A stretch of 64,000 nt of DNA, taken from an uncultured Haloferula sp. (GTDB lineage Bacteria > Verrucomicrobiota > Verrucomicrobiia > Verrucomicrobiales > Akkermansiaceae). Each line of letters starts with the position of its first letter. Positions within the stretch are counted from its first letter, which is position 1. The notes under the pieces were generated by a model, which was not told the DNA's origin, ran no database searches, and saw only the letters and a program-made list of their open reading frames with translations. The DNA is taken from positions 352,001 through 416,000 of the forward strand of contig CBFGTS010000001.1 of NCBI GenBank assembly GCA_965652295.1, written 5' to 3'. Of this stretch, positions 53,282 through 63,287 are shown one piece after another. The translations under genes were made by a program, and so were the position numbers.

Positions 53282-56200
53282 CTATTCGAGGATGAGTGTG
53301 CGGGAGCCGTGGTTGGGGTGGGTGATGAGGATGGCGAGGCGGCCGGTGGCGGGCGGGGTGTCGTCGGTCAGGGTGCGGTAGTCGAACTTGCCGCGGAGAT
53401 CGGTGTAGCCGTCCTTGAGGAATTCGGGTTCGCCGTCGCGCTCACAGTAGACTTTCACATAGGCGGCGGAAACGGGGGCACCGGTGGACGTGCGGACCCG
53501 GAGGACGGGATCAACGGGACGGCAGGCGATCTGGAGGGCGCGGCTGTCGAGGATGCGCAGGGCTTTGGTGCCGCTGGCATCGGCGGAGACGAGCACGTTG
53601 CCGCGGCGGAATTCCTCGGGCAGCTCAACGCGGGTGGTGTCGCCCGTCAGGTCGAGTTTCTGAACGAAATTCGGCCGGGTGCCGGGCAGCTCGCCGGCGT
53701 CCTGGAGGAAGGGGTTGCGGGAGAAGAGCATTTCGAGATCGATCTGATAGAGGGAGAGCTCGACCTGCTGGAGGTGGCGGTGGGTGAGCTGGAGTTGGCC
53801 ATCGGCGGTGGCGGAAATCTCAAGGGCGGGAGCGGCGTCGGCGGTGGCGTTCTCTTCGCCATCCAGGCTTGGATTTTCCGCGAGGGCGGTGATTTCCCCG
53901 GCTTGGGAAATGACGGCGGCGAAGCGCGCGGCCCACGGCCCGGGAGGGAGGTCGGGATGGGTGCGGGCGATCTGGGCGGCCTCGGTGGACTTCGCCTGAT
54001 GGAAGAGGACGAGGCAGTGGAGGTAGTCGTAGGCGAGTGGTGTGGCGACCTGGCTGCGATCGATTTCCGCGAAGCGGGCAATGCCCTCGCCGATGCGATC
54101 CTGGAGAAACAGGAACCAGGTGAGGTGGAGTTGGTCGTCGGCGGAAAGGACGGGCTTCCAGGCGAGCTGGTTCAGGAAACCGCGGTAGTGCTTGTGGGCG
54201 AGTTCCTGATGGAAGGGCGGACGGTCGCCGAGGCGGTGCGCGCGCGGGTTGACGAGAGGATCGAACTCAAGCGACTGCCATCCGCAGTGGATGGTGGGGC
54301 GGATATCGAGGAGCGGGGAGGTGAGGTATTCCCCGAGGTTGAGGGCGAGGTCGGAGTTTTCCAGCCAGGTGCTCATGGTCCCGGTGTCGCCATGAAGGAA
54401 GGCGTAGCGGGCGAGCGATTGGGGCAGGGTGAGGCGCTCGCGCAGGGTGGCGATGGCCTTGTCGTAGAACCCGCGGTCGCGGAGGCGCCAGGCGATGAGG
54501 CCGAGGTCGATGGCGTGAAGGTTTTCGCTGGCGAGGCGGGCGAGGACATCGTCGTCGGAGCCGTCGCGGGCGATGACTTTCCATGAGGCGTGGTCTTCGG
54601 CGGGGTCGCCATCGGTTACGCGCAGGGTGCGTGGCGGAGCGGTGGCGAGGATGGTGTCGGCCTCGGCGACATGGAGCGGGTAGGTGGCGAAATCACCGGG
54701 CTCCGGGAAATAGAAAGCGAGGTCGAAGGTGAGCACGCCGTAGGGTTCGAGTTCGCGCGTTTCGGAAAGGGTGGTTTCCTTTCCTCCGAGGGCGATGGCT
54801 CCGGCGGGGATCTGGGCGAGCACGTCGATGCGGCGGCCGGCTCCGGTGGGGTTGGTGATGACAAGGGACGCGCCGTAGGCGGTGCCGGTGCGGAAATCGC
54901 CGGTGATGGTGTTCTCGATGCGGCGGCCGGCTTCGTTGCGGAAGCGGTCGTCGAGGCGGTGGAAGGTGTGACGGACGAGGACGGGGGAATCGGCGGCGAC
55001 TTTGTCGGTCTCGCGGGTGTCCTTGTAGAAAAGAAGCATCGGCTCGCGGGCTTTGACGCGGAGCGTGGGGCCATCGGTGCGGACTTCGGGTCGCCCGGCT
55101 TTGAAGGGAAGGTCGAGCAGGGCGAGGCACATCAGCGCGTCGTTGTGGGAGGCGGTGCAGGCGTTGAAATGCGGGGAGATGAAGGGGCCGTTGCCGTCCC
55201 ATCGCGCGAGGTCGAGCCAGAAGGCGTTGAGCGGGATCAGCGACTCGCCGGTGTCGGTGCTACGATGGTGATCGTAGTTCGACTCGGACCAGATGCGGGT
55301 CTGGGGCCGGTCGGCGGACCAGGATTGGCGGGCCTGGTAGCGGGTGGTTTCGTCGGAGTCATCCATGGTGAAGCCGGGCACCGCTCCTCGGGGGGCGATG
55401 TCCATGCCGGCACCCTTGTCCGCGACAGCCGAACTGATGATTGCATCGACCAAGTCGAGATTCATCGGGGTGTTTCGAACCAGCAATGTTCCGGATTGAG
55501 CGAAATAGCTCGCTGTAGCGTCAGGGGGGAATTTGACGCCATTGGCCCGTAGGGCGTCGGTGAGAGTCATCTGATCCGGACGCGAATCGGGGTCTTGAAA
55601 CGGATCTTCCGGGGGAGCGTCTCCTTTTTCGTATCCACCGATGCGCGAAAGGAAATCCGGCGGGACTCTGAAAGTGCGGGTGAAAAGGTCCTCGCCGACT
55701 TCGGTGGCGGGTTTGACGGTCACCGCGAAGTCGTCGACGGACCAACTGCAACGGGTGGCCTCGCAAATATAGTTGAGAGCTTCGCTGAGCGGAGCATTGC
55801 GAAGCTTGAGTTCGGCGATGCGCTGATTGCCTGCGGGACCGCGGACGAAGAAGTTCACTCCCTTTTTCGCGGGATCCAACTCGAAGGTGTCGAGCTCGAT
55901 GGATTGAACGCGGAGGAAGTCGATGGCTTCTGCGACGGAGATGTCTTTGAAGTCGATTTCTGGAATGACGATATTGCTGATCTTCTGGAGGATGTAGCTG
56001 GATCCTGCGGATTTCATCACCCGCGAATCACCTTCCTCCTCTTCGATCTCGTTGCGGGCGAGGCCGAGGGAGTCGGTGATGGCGAGGTCGGTACCGCGGA
56101 GGGTCTGGGTGAAGAGCTGGGTTTCCTGCTCGGGAGCGGGGGCTTCGAGCTGCCAGCGGTGCTCGAGTTCGGAAAGAATGCGCGGGCGGGCCTCGGGCAG

Positions 56201-59200
56201 GGAGCGGGCGAGGAGGGCCTTTTCGGCGGCGTTCAGGCGTTCCCAAGCGAAGGGGCGGAGATAGGCGGTAAGGTCGCGGCCGAGCAGGTAGTCATCGATG
56301 AAGGTCGGCTCGAACTTCTGCTCCAGGGTGGGCTTGATGTACTTTTCAAAGAACTCCGGATCTCGGCGGGAGAGGAAGAGGTGGAGTTCGTGGCAGGCGT
56401 GATCGGTCCAGAAGGCGAGCTTGGCTTTCTGGTCGAAATCGGGCCAGTCGAGCAGGCCGGCCATTTCGCGGAGGCGATCGCTGCCGGTGGTGCCGAAAAG
56501 GAAGGCGTGGGCTTCCTCAAGGGTGGTGAAGGCGCGCCAGTCGGCATCGAGCATGTTGTCGATGACGGCCTCGGCGTCCTTCATGAGGGCGGTGGCGCGG
56601 CGGGTGCCGACGTGGTGTTTTCCGGGGTCGAGCGGCCGGGCGAGGCGGCGGTCGCGGAGCTGGATGGGGCTTTCCGGAAGCGGAATGATACGGCGCTCGT
56701 AGTAGTTTTCATCGGTGACGACGACACGGACGGTCTGGTAGCCATCGAAGGTGGCGAGGGGCAGGGAGACGGTGCCGTCCTCGGCGGGGGTGAGGTCGTA
56801 GTGGAGTTCGGAGGATCGCGCGAGGTAGTCGAGGAAATCGGGGAGGGTGCTGGCTCCTCCACCTCCGCCCGCGGCGAAGGGGTCATCGTCTCCATAGGAA
56901 TGGCGCGCGCTTCTTTTCTGCGACTCGGTTTCTCCATCCATCCCGGGAAGCGGCGGGAGGACGTCGCCGGAGCTGTCTTTCTCGCTCCAGCGGTGGGCGA
57001 GGAGGCCGGGGCGGGGCAGCATGGTGCCGGGGTAGGGGGTGAGGTTCCGACGTTCGAGGATATAGCGGGTTTCCTCATCGAGGGTCTGGTCGGTGAGGAA
57101 ACCGCAGGCTTCGAAGCCGGGACGCAGGACCGGGCGTGCTACGGGGCTGAAGGGCAGAAGTGGACGGTCATTCCAAGGGCTGTCGAGGAAACGGGTGCCG
57201 ATGAGGTGGACGCGGGTCGACTCGCTTGGACGGTCGAGGCGGACGGTGAGGGTATCGCCGTCGACGGCGGCAGCGAGGGTGTTCGGGACCGAGCCGGGGA
57301 GGTGGGGGGCGATGAGCTGCGGGGAGAGGAGCAGGCCGTCTTCCTCGGTGGCGGCGAGGACCTCGATGGCGATGCGGGAATCCGGCGTGGTGAGGCGGTA
57401 ACTGCCGGGAGCGAGGCCGGTGATCTCAAGCTGGCCGTCGCGGTGGGCAAGTTGCTCGAAGAGGTCGGTTTTGGGGCGGTCGGTGAGGTCGAGTGCGAAA
57501 AACGAATAGTCGATCCGATTCAACGGGCCTTGGAGAGGAAGGGTGATCGCCTCGTCCGGGGTGATGCGGAGGGTGGTGGGGAGTTCGATTTTCGGACGCA
57601 GGTCGTTTTCGGTGCAATGGAGGAGCGGTCGACGGTCGAGGTCGACGTCGAGACTCTGAATGTCCGCGAGGGAGCCAAGGCGGATGCGGCCGTTGTCGTC
57701 GGTGCGCAGGCGGAGTTCGATGGCTCCGACGTAGGTGTCGCGCCGGAAGGTGAGCTGGAGGGCGCGGTCGGGGAGGGGTTCGCCATTGCGGCCGCGGAGT
57801 TCGAGGAAATGGCCGTCGGTCGTGGCGATCAGATGGGCGTGGGCGAAGCCGCCGTTCAGGAGATGATTGAACTGGAAGCTGTTGGAGGTGGTGAGTTCGA
57901 CGGGGTCGGCGTTTTCCCGGGGAACGACGGTGGCATCGAGCTTGAGGGTGAGGGAAACGGTGTCGGCCGGGATTTGGAAGGGGACGGTGAAAACGGGCGC
58001 GAACTGGAGGTCGTCGGAGACGACGTGCTCGGTGGTGACGCCGGAGGAAAGCTTGGCGCTGAGGGTGAGGCGGGCGTTCTCGATGCGGTCGAGAGGCAGT
58101 TCGTGGCCGTGGTTGGTGAGGCGGAGCTGGATGCGGGCCCGGGCTTCGGCGTCGGCCCGGAGCTGTTCGCGGTCGAGGTGGACGCGTGAGATGAGCTTGA
58201 GCTGATCGGTGCGCTCTCTGATGCGGACGAGCGTGGCAAGCGGTCCGCGGGAAAGGACGCCGTAGCGGGCGGGGCCATGCTCGGCGTTGGGAATGGCGAT
58301 GGTGCCGGAGGCGTCGGCGGTGAAGGTCTCGAAGCCGAAGTCGAGGGTGGCGTCGGTGACGGGGTGCCCGTTTTCGTCGAAGACACGGAGGGTCTGTCCG
58401 GTGGCGCGGCGATCGAGGTAGGGAATAAGGCTGCCTTTGCGGATGAGGGCGCGGGAGGAGTGGCCGTTTCCAACCAGCTCGACGATCCATGCGCCAGGGC
58501 CGGTGAGTTCGGGGAGGTCGATGGTTTCCCGATGCAGGACGAGGGGCGGCTGGTCGAAGGTGAGGGTGCGGGTGTGGTGCGGGACGAGGCCGGCGAGGTC
58601 GAGGTTGACGTCCGGCTCCCGGCCATCGCGTGCGAGGATGCCGGGGAGGTCGAGTTCGTGGATGCGGATGAGCAGTTCGGGGGTGTTTTTCAGATCGACG
58701 CCGAGGGTGACGGCGGCATCGGAACTGAGGAGGACCGGTCGGCCGGGGGCGAACTCGAGGCGGGTCTGTTGGCGAAGGGTGGCGAACTCGGAGGGATCTA
58801 GTAGTTTTCCCCAGCGTTCCGGATCGGCCCCGGCAAGGAGGCGGGCGCGGGCGTGGATGGGGGTGAGGATGTGGTGGGGAATGAAGGGGGTGAAGCGGTC
58901 GGCGGAGTCCCGTTTGGCGAGGAAATGCTGGAGCAGCTCGCGGATGAGCGGCGCGTCGTTGGAAACGGAGGGGCAGCCGGTGATTTTCGCGAAATCGGTC
59001 GAGAGATCGATGGGCGGGGCGTTACGATGGGCGTCGGTCTTGAGCAGCTCGTGCGTCGGCCGGGGGATCGCGAGGTAGACGAGGAAGTCGTCGAGTTTGG
59101 GTTCGGAGTTTTCGAGCTGGAGTCGGAGGAGGTGGTGAAGGATGTGGGCCTTGAGTGAGACGAGCGCGGGCGGGAGGTCGGCGGTGGCCTCGCGCAGGCG

Positions 59201-60010
59201 TTCCATATGGGCGGTGTGGAGCCGGGGCTGGCGGGCGAAATCCTCGCCGGTGTGGCGGCGGAGTTTCTCCAGCCAAGTGGTGACGAAAGAGAGATTGGCC
59301 TGGAGGTCGGGGTGGAGCTGTTGGAGTTCCTCGAGCTGGGCGAGGGTGAGTTGCCGGTGAACGGGGCTTTCGCCGAAAGCGACGGGCGGCTTGAGCGCGA
59401 GGCCGCGGGAGATGAGCCGGACGACGCCGGGATGGTCGGCGCGGTAGAGCGAGGAAAGCGAGTGGCGGAGCCGGGCCTCGCTGAAGGAATCGACCTGATC
59501 GAGGGCGGCGAGGAGCTTCGGTGATTTGAGTCCGCGCCATGGTTCGTCCGGGTGCCGGGCGAGGGCTCCCTTTTCGAACGCCTCGTCGGAGATCAGGGCG
59601 GGATCGACGGTGTCAGGGAGCTTCTCAATGGCGTGGGCGTCCGGGCGGGAGTCATCGAATTGCAAGTCGAGGCGCTTGATGAGGGCGGCGAGGTTTTTCT
59701 CCGGATCAGCCTCATAGCGCAGCAGCAGCTCGCGGGTGGCGAGGGAGTCGAAGCCTTGAGCCGGGACCGGTTGTTGCTTGCGTTCGGAGGCGGCGCGCCA
59801 GTCGGCGAGGGTCCTTTCGAAGGCCGCGGTGTCACCAGTGAGCTGCTGGTGGAGGGCGGTGTGGAAAAACCAATCGCGGGTGCCGGGGACCAGCTCGGTG
59901 AGGGCTTCGACGCGCGTGGCAGGGTCGGCGAATTTTTCGGCGAAGTCGAACTCGGCGGCGAAGGTGAGCAGCGGGAGGGTGGCCAGCAGGGTGATGAGGC
60001 TGGGTTTCAT
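53282..60010 (-). CDS. Giant secreted protein (~2240 aa) with beta-sandwich/macroglobulin-like regions and an inserted secretin N-domain-like module
   Basis: Signal peptide MKPSLITLL.. with AGAAAGG upstream; uninterrupted ORF with host-like codon usage; C-terminal AYVKVY..FLKDGYTDLRGKFDY. Function unknown. Confidence 0.8.
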   Translation of the reverse strand: MKPSLITLLATLPLLTFAAEFDFAEKFADPATRVEALTELVPGTRDWFFHTALHQQLTGDTAAFERTLADWRAASERKQQPVPAQGFDSLATRELLLRYEADPEKNLAALIKRLDLQFDDSRPDAHAIEKLPDTVDPALISDEAFEKGALARHPDEPWRGLKSPKLLAALDQVDSFSEARLRHSLSSLYRADHPGVVRLISRGLALKPPVAFGESPVHRQLTLAQLEELQQLHPDLQANLSFVTTWLEKLRRHTGEDFARQPRLHTAHMERLREATADLPPALVSLKAHILHHLLRLQLENSEPKLDDFLVYLAIPRPTHELLKTDAHRNAPPIDLSTDFAKITGCPSVSNDAPLIRELLQHFLAKRDSADRFTPFIPHHILTPIHARARLLAGADPERWGKLLDPSEFATLRQQTRLEFAPGRPVLLSSDAAVTLGVDLKNTPELLIRIHELDLPGILARDGREPDVNLDLAGLVPHHTRTLTFDQPPLVLHRETIDLPELTGPGAWIVELVGNGHSSRALIRKGSLIPYLDRRATGQTLRVFDENGHPVTDATLDFGFETFTADASGTIAIPNAEHGPARYGVLSRGPLATLVRIRERTDQLKLISRVHLDREQLRADAEARARIQLRLTNHGHELPLDRIENARLTLSAKLSSGVTTEHVVSDDLQFAPVFTVPFQIPADTVSLTLKLDATVVPRENADPVELTTSNSFQFNHLLNGGFAHAHLIATTDGHFLELRGRNGEPLPDRALQLTFRRDTYVGAIELRLRTDDNGRIRLGSLADIQSLDVDLDRRPLLHCTENDLRPKIELPTTLRITPDEAITLPLQGPLNRIDYSFFALDLTDRPKTDLFEQLAHRDGQLEITGLAPGSYRLTTPDSRIAIEVLAATEEDGLLLSPQLIAPHLPGSVPNTLAAAVDGDTLTVRLDRPSESTRVHLIGTRFLDSPWNDRPLLPFSPVARPVLRPGFEACGFLTDQTLDEETRYILERRNLTPYPGTMLPRPGLLAHRWSEKDSSGDVLPPLPGMDGETESQKRSARHSYGDDDPFAAGGGGGASTLPDFLDYLARSSELHYDLTPAEDGTVSLPLATFDGYQTVRVVVTDENYYERRIIPLPESPIQLRDRRLARPLDPGKHHVGTRRATALMKDAEAVIDNMLDADWRAFTTLEEAHAFLFGTTGSDRLREMAGLLDWPDFDQKAKLAFWTDHACHELHLFLSRRDPEFFEKYIKPTLEQKFEPTFIDDYLLGRDLTAYLRPFAWERLNAAEKALLARSLPEARPRILSELEHRWQLEAPAPEQETQLFTQTLRGTDLAITDSLGLARNEIEEEEGDSRVMKSAGSSYILQKISNIVIPEIDFKDISVAEAIDFLRVQSIELDTFELDPAKKGVNFFVRGPAGNQRIAELKLRNAPLSEALNYICEATRCSWSVDDFAVTVKPATEVGEDLFTRTFRVPPDFLSRIGGYEKGDAPPEDPFQDPDSRPDQMTLTDALRANGVKFPPDATASYFAQSGTLLVRNTPMNLDLVDAIISSAVADKGAGMDIAPRGAVPGFTMDDSDETTRYQARQSWSADRPQTRIWSESNYDHHRSTDTGESLIPLNAFWLDLARWDGNGPFISPHFNACTASHNDALMCLALLDLPFKAGRPEVRTDGPTLRVKAREPMLLFYKDTRETDKVAADSPVLVRHTFHRLDDRFRNEAGRRIENTITGDFRTGTAYGASLVITNPTGAGRRIDVLAQIPAGAIALGGKETTLSETRELEPYGVLTFDLAFYFPEPGDFATYPLHVAEADTILATAPPRTLRVTDGDPAEDHASWKVIARDGSDDDVLARLASENLHAIDLGLIAWRLRDRGFYDKAIATLRERLTLPQSLARYAFLHGDTGTMSTWLENSDLALNLGEYLTSPLLDIRPTIHCGWQSLEFDPLVNPRAHRLGDRPPFHQELAHKHYRGFLNQLAWKPVLSADDQLHLTWFLFLQDRIGEGIARFAEIDRSQVATPLAYDYLHCLVLFHQAKSTEAAQIARTHPDLPPGPWAARFAAVISQAGEITALAENPSLDGEENATADAAPALEISATADGQLQLTHRHLQQVELSLYQIDLEMLFSRNPFLQDAGELPGTRPNFVQKLDLTGDTTRVELPEEFRRGNVLVSADASGTKALRILDSRALQIACRPVDPVLRVRTSTGAPVSAAYVKVYCERDGEPEFLKDGYTDLRGKFDYRTLTDDTPPATGRLAILITHPNHGSRTLILE

Positions 60011-60059
60011 GCTGCCTTTTCTAGCCGGGCCCATGAAACCTGGAAAGAAGATAGGCCGG

Positions 60060-61364
60060 TCATGACGAGCTCGGATCGTCAGTCGCCGAGCCATGCGTAC
60101 GGGATGCGAGTGATTCGATGGATTCACATGTCTTCGTCATCCAGACGTCCGGTTGGAATCCCTGCGAAACCCGACGCGCGTTCTTGGTAAAGCTGACATG
60201 CTCTTCCAAGCGCTCCAGCGCCGCGGCAATGGGATGGCGGGTGAACTGGTTCGGGTGAAGTCCGATCCCCACTCCAAGATCCCTCACCCGCGAGAGGGTA
60301 TCGAGTTGGTCATGGGCCATCGGTTGAATCAACTGCGGCACCCCGGCCTGCAGGGCTTGGGCGCAGGTGCCGACGCCTCCATGATGAATGATGGCGGCGG
60401 AACGATGCAACAAGGCGCTGAACGGCACATAAGGGAAATGAGCGCAGCCCTCGGGCAGCGTGGCAGGCAGCTGGCTCGCGTCCCGGGTGAGGAAGACGGC
60501 CCGGCGACCGAGCTGCGACACCGCCGCCGCCGCTTCGCGGAAAAACGAGTGTCCCTGGACCATGGCGCTGCCCGCGGTGATCGAAATCGGCGGGGGACCC
60601 GCGGACAGGAAGGCTTCGACTTCGCTTGAGGCGGATCCCTCGTTGGTTTCATCGAACAGAGGAAAGCCGGTCTGCACCGTCTGCGAAGGCCAGTCGGGCT
60701 GGGGAGGCGCGAACCATTCAGGAAACAAGGCGATCACCCGATCCGGAGAATGCCACCATTGCCTGAGCAATCCCTTGGCGGGAGGAAGGCGCAACTCCGA
60801 ACGGAAGCGGTTCAGGGCGGGCAGCGCGTGGTGATCGACGATTGCCGCGGCGATGGACCACTGGAGCGACTTGAGGAACCTCGGTGCTCTGTTGCCAAAG
60901 GGCATGCCATGGATTTCCGGCTGGCGGTGGACGCTGGGAAACAAGGACGGTGCGAGGTGGACGGTGGCCAGGGGGATGCCGAGTACCTCGCAGGCCGTCC
61001 GGGCCGCGAAGGCGAGCGAGCTCGCGACGACCACGGTTTTTCCCGGTACGTGAAGTTCGCGCGTGATCTCGAAGATGGTGGGGTGGCTCGGATTGACCGC
61101 ATGTCGGACGACGGCGGGAAAGGCGCGCCGCGGGTGCCAGAGATCGGGATCGTTCTTCACCCGATCGAAATCCTCCCGCGAGCCAAGCGGTCGAAAGCCC
61201 ATGCCGCGGGTGAGGAGGTCCGTTTCAAAAACCGGGCTCGTCGCCAGGATGACTTCGTGACCCCGTTTCACCAGAGCGGTCCCGATCCCGATGAACGGAT
61301 GGACGTCGCCAGCGCTGCCGAGAGTGAAAATGATGATCCTCAGCGGCCTCACGGAGGAGGTCAT
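60060..61364 (-). CDS. GT1 glycosyltransferase (RhlB/MGT-like)
   Basis: LGSAGDVHPF, FPEWFAPPQPDWP, YVPFSALL..IIHHGGVGT..PMAHDQ. Confidence 0.9.
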   Translation of the reverse strand: MTSSVRPLRIIIFTLGSAGDVHPFIGIGTALVKRGHEVILATSPVFETDLLTRGMGFRPLGSREDFDRVKNDPDLWHPRRAFPAVVRHAVNPSHPTIFEITRELHVPGKTVVVASSLAFAARTACEVLGIPLATVHLAPSLFPSVHRQPEIHGMPFGNRAPRFLKSLQWSIAAAIVDHHALPALNRFRSELRLPPAKGLLRQWWHSPDRVIALFPEWFAPPQPDWPSQTVQTGFPLFDETNEGSASSEVEAFLSAGPPPISITAGSAMVQGHSFFREAAAAVSQLGRRAVFLTRDASQLPATLPEGCAHFPYVPFSALLHRSAAIIHHGGVGTCAQALQAGVPQLIQPMAHDQLDTLSRVRDLGVGIGLHPNQFTRHPIAAALERLEEHVSFTKNARRVSQGFQPDVWMTKTCESIESLASRTHGSATDDPSSS

Positions 61365-62455
61365 GGTGCGATCTCCATGCCGGGGGCTCCATTCAAGGGA
61401 TTCGACCGGACCATCCTGCCGTCCTCGAATTGGACCCGCTGATCCGCAGGAAGCTCGGGCTCGAAATGATCCGTGCTGATCCACTGGGCACCGCTGTCGA
61501 AGGCTTGCTGCCGCATGGCGGGATCAGGATGGAGGGTGTCGGCGCGGGTTCTCACCATGAAGCCGCCTTCAACGAGCTTCTTGATCTGGTCGAACTGACC
61601 GACCGGGTCATTGCACTTGAACCAAGCGGCGGCGGGGTGGCGGTCGTTCGGCGCGCTGGCAAACATCAGGCGGTTCTCCAGCGCGGCGTTTCCTTCCAGA
61701 TAGTGATCCCGGATCGGGCCGCCTGAGTTATCCAGGGTGAAGATGAACTTTCCACGGGTGGCATCCAACGAGGGCCAGCCGTGGTCCTTGAGCGCTTCCG
61801 GCAGGGATTTTCCGCCTCGTCGCACGTCGTCGGGAAAGAGGATCTTCTTCCTGGGAATGCAGCTGAGGATTTCCTTTTCCAGCTCCATGAGCGTATCGCG
61901 CGTGAACTCTCCGACTCCGGGCGGCGACCCCGGGGTTTTCGCTTCCTTGCATTCGATGAGAATCATCAAGGGCAGGTGATCAGCGTGTTTCTCCGACCAT
62001 GCCGCCATTTCGCGAAGCGCGGAAACCAAGGTGGGGTAGTTGCTCCAGCAATCGACGCCGGGAACGTGCAGCACCTTGAAACCGCGCTTCTGCCATTCTC
62101 CGGTCGGATCGAAAGGCGGCAGCGATTTGCCGGCAGCCTTCGCCAAACCGATCGCGAGAGGCTTGGCGAACATCCCACCTTTCGGGTCGGGGTAGATGTC
62201 CAACTCGAACTGGCGGATCCCGGCGTTGTCGAGCTGGCTTGTCAGGGAGGGCATGGTCTTGCTCCAGGCTTCCACGGCACCCTCGTGGAACCGTCCGATG
62301 AGGCCGAGCACCTCCCGAGGCGGTGCCTTGTGGTAGGAGTTGTGGCTGCCGATGATCTGGATCTGGTTCAATCGCGGAGGCTCATCCTTGGCTCCGGACG
62401 GCGATAGCAAAGCCGCGATGAGAAGGGCTGGAGAAAGGAGTCGGACGAGGCTCAT
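61361..62455 (-). CDS. Secreted PI-PLC-like phosphodiesterase (Ca2+-dependent type)
   Basis: Signal peptide; IGSHNSYH, QLD.AGIRQFELD, HLPLMILIECK, WPSL..RGK, SGAQWISTD. Confidence 0.82.
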   Translation of the reverse strand: MSLVRLLSPALLIAALLSPSGAKDEPPRLNQIQIIGSHNSYHKAPPREVLGLIGRFHEGAVEAWSKTMPSLTSQLDNAGIRQFELDIYPDPKGGMFAKPLAIGLAKAAGKSLPPFDPTGEWQKRGFKVLHVPGVDCWSNYPTLVSALREMAAWSEKHADHLPLMILIECKEAKTPGSPPGVGEFTRDTLMELEKEILSCIPRKKILFPDDVRRGGKSLPEALKDHGWPSLDATRGKFIFTLDNSGGPIRDHYLEGNAALENRLMFASAPNDRHPAAAWFKCNDPVGQFDQIKKLVEGGFMVRTRADTLHPDPAMRQQAFDSGAQWISTDHFEPELPADQRVQFEDGRMVRSNPLNGAPGMEIAP

Positions 62456-62516
62456 GGGGTGAGTGTGCCTCCTGCGGTCGCGATGCTTCAATCCGGATTC
62501 GCGGCGAGCCCGGCCA

Positions 62517-63287
62517 TCAGGCCCGCTGCCAGTCGGGTTTGTTGTCGAAAACCCAGCGGTAATAGTCGGCGCGCGCCAATTGCGTCGCGGCGGGATCATC
62601 GAGACAGACTCGAACGGAAGGGTGCATCTGCAGTGCAGAGGCGGGGTTGCTGGCGCTGATCGGACCCTCGACGGCTCCGGCGATCGCCTCGGCCTTCTTT
62701 TCGCTGAAGGCGAGGAGGAGGATCTCACGGGCTTCCATGATCGTGCCGATGCCCATGGTGATGACATGCCGTGGCACGGTCTCGCCGGGCGCGAAAAACC
62801 GGGAGTTGTCCTCACAGGTTCGCCGGGTGAGCGTCTTGATCCGGGTGCGTGAGGCAAGCGAGGAAGAGGGTTCGTTGAAACCGATGTGACCGTCGGTTCC
62901 GATCCCCAGAACCTGGAGGTCGATCCCCCCCGCGGCCGCGATCTGTTCTTCGTATCGTTGGCAGAACGACGGAATGTCGTCGGCCTGGCCGTCGGGGATG
63001 TGGACATTTTCTTTCCGGATGTTGATACGGCCAAAAAGATGAGCCTCCATGAAGGAGTGATAACTCTGCGGGTGATCGACGGATAAGCCGATGTACTCGT
63101 CGAGGTTGAACGTCGTGACGTGCTGCCAGTCGAGATTCATGGCGACCAGCTCACGATAGAGGGCTATTGGGGTGCTGCCGGTGGCCAGGCCCAGCACGGC
63201 GTCCGGCTTTCGCCGGATGAGGTCGGCGATGAGGCGCGCTCCGATGACGGCGGCTTCCGCAGCGGTCGGTTGGATGATGATTTCCAT
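62517..63287 (-). CDS. nagB: Glucosamine-6-phosphate deaminase
   Basis: LGLATGSTP, TFNLDEY, LGIGTDGHIGFNEP, ITMGIGTI, PASALQMH. Confidence 0.95.
   Translation of the reverse strand: MEIIIQPTAAEAAVIGARLIADLIRRKPDAVLGLATGSTPIALYRELVAMNLDWQHVTTFNLDEYIGLSVDHPQSYHSFMEAHLFGRINIRKENVHIPDGQADDIPSFCQRYEEQIAAAGGIDLQVLGIGTDGHIGFNEPSSSLASRTRIKTLTRRTCEDNSRFFAPGETVPRHVITMGIGTIMEAREILLLAFSEKKAEAIAGAVEGPISASNPASALQMHPSVRVCLDDPAATQLARADYYRWVFDNKPDWQRA

Noticed and set aside
55595..58189. Long plus-strand ORFs (864 aa here; also 25167-27392 and 32737-34869)
   Set aside because: Antisense shadows of real genes, expected in high-GC DNA; no recognisable motifs.
62456..63034. N-terminal extension of the PI-PLC-like ORF
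   Set aside because: It overlaps nagB out of frame. The signal peptide begins at 62455.
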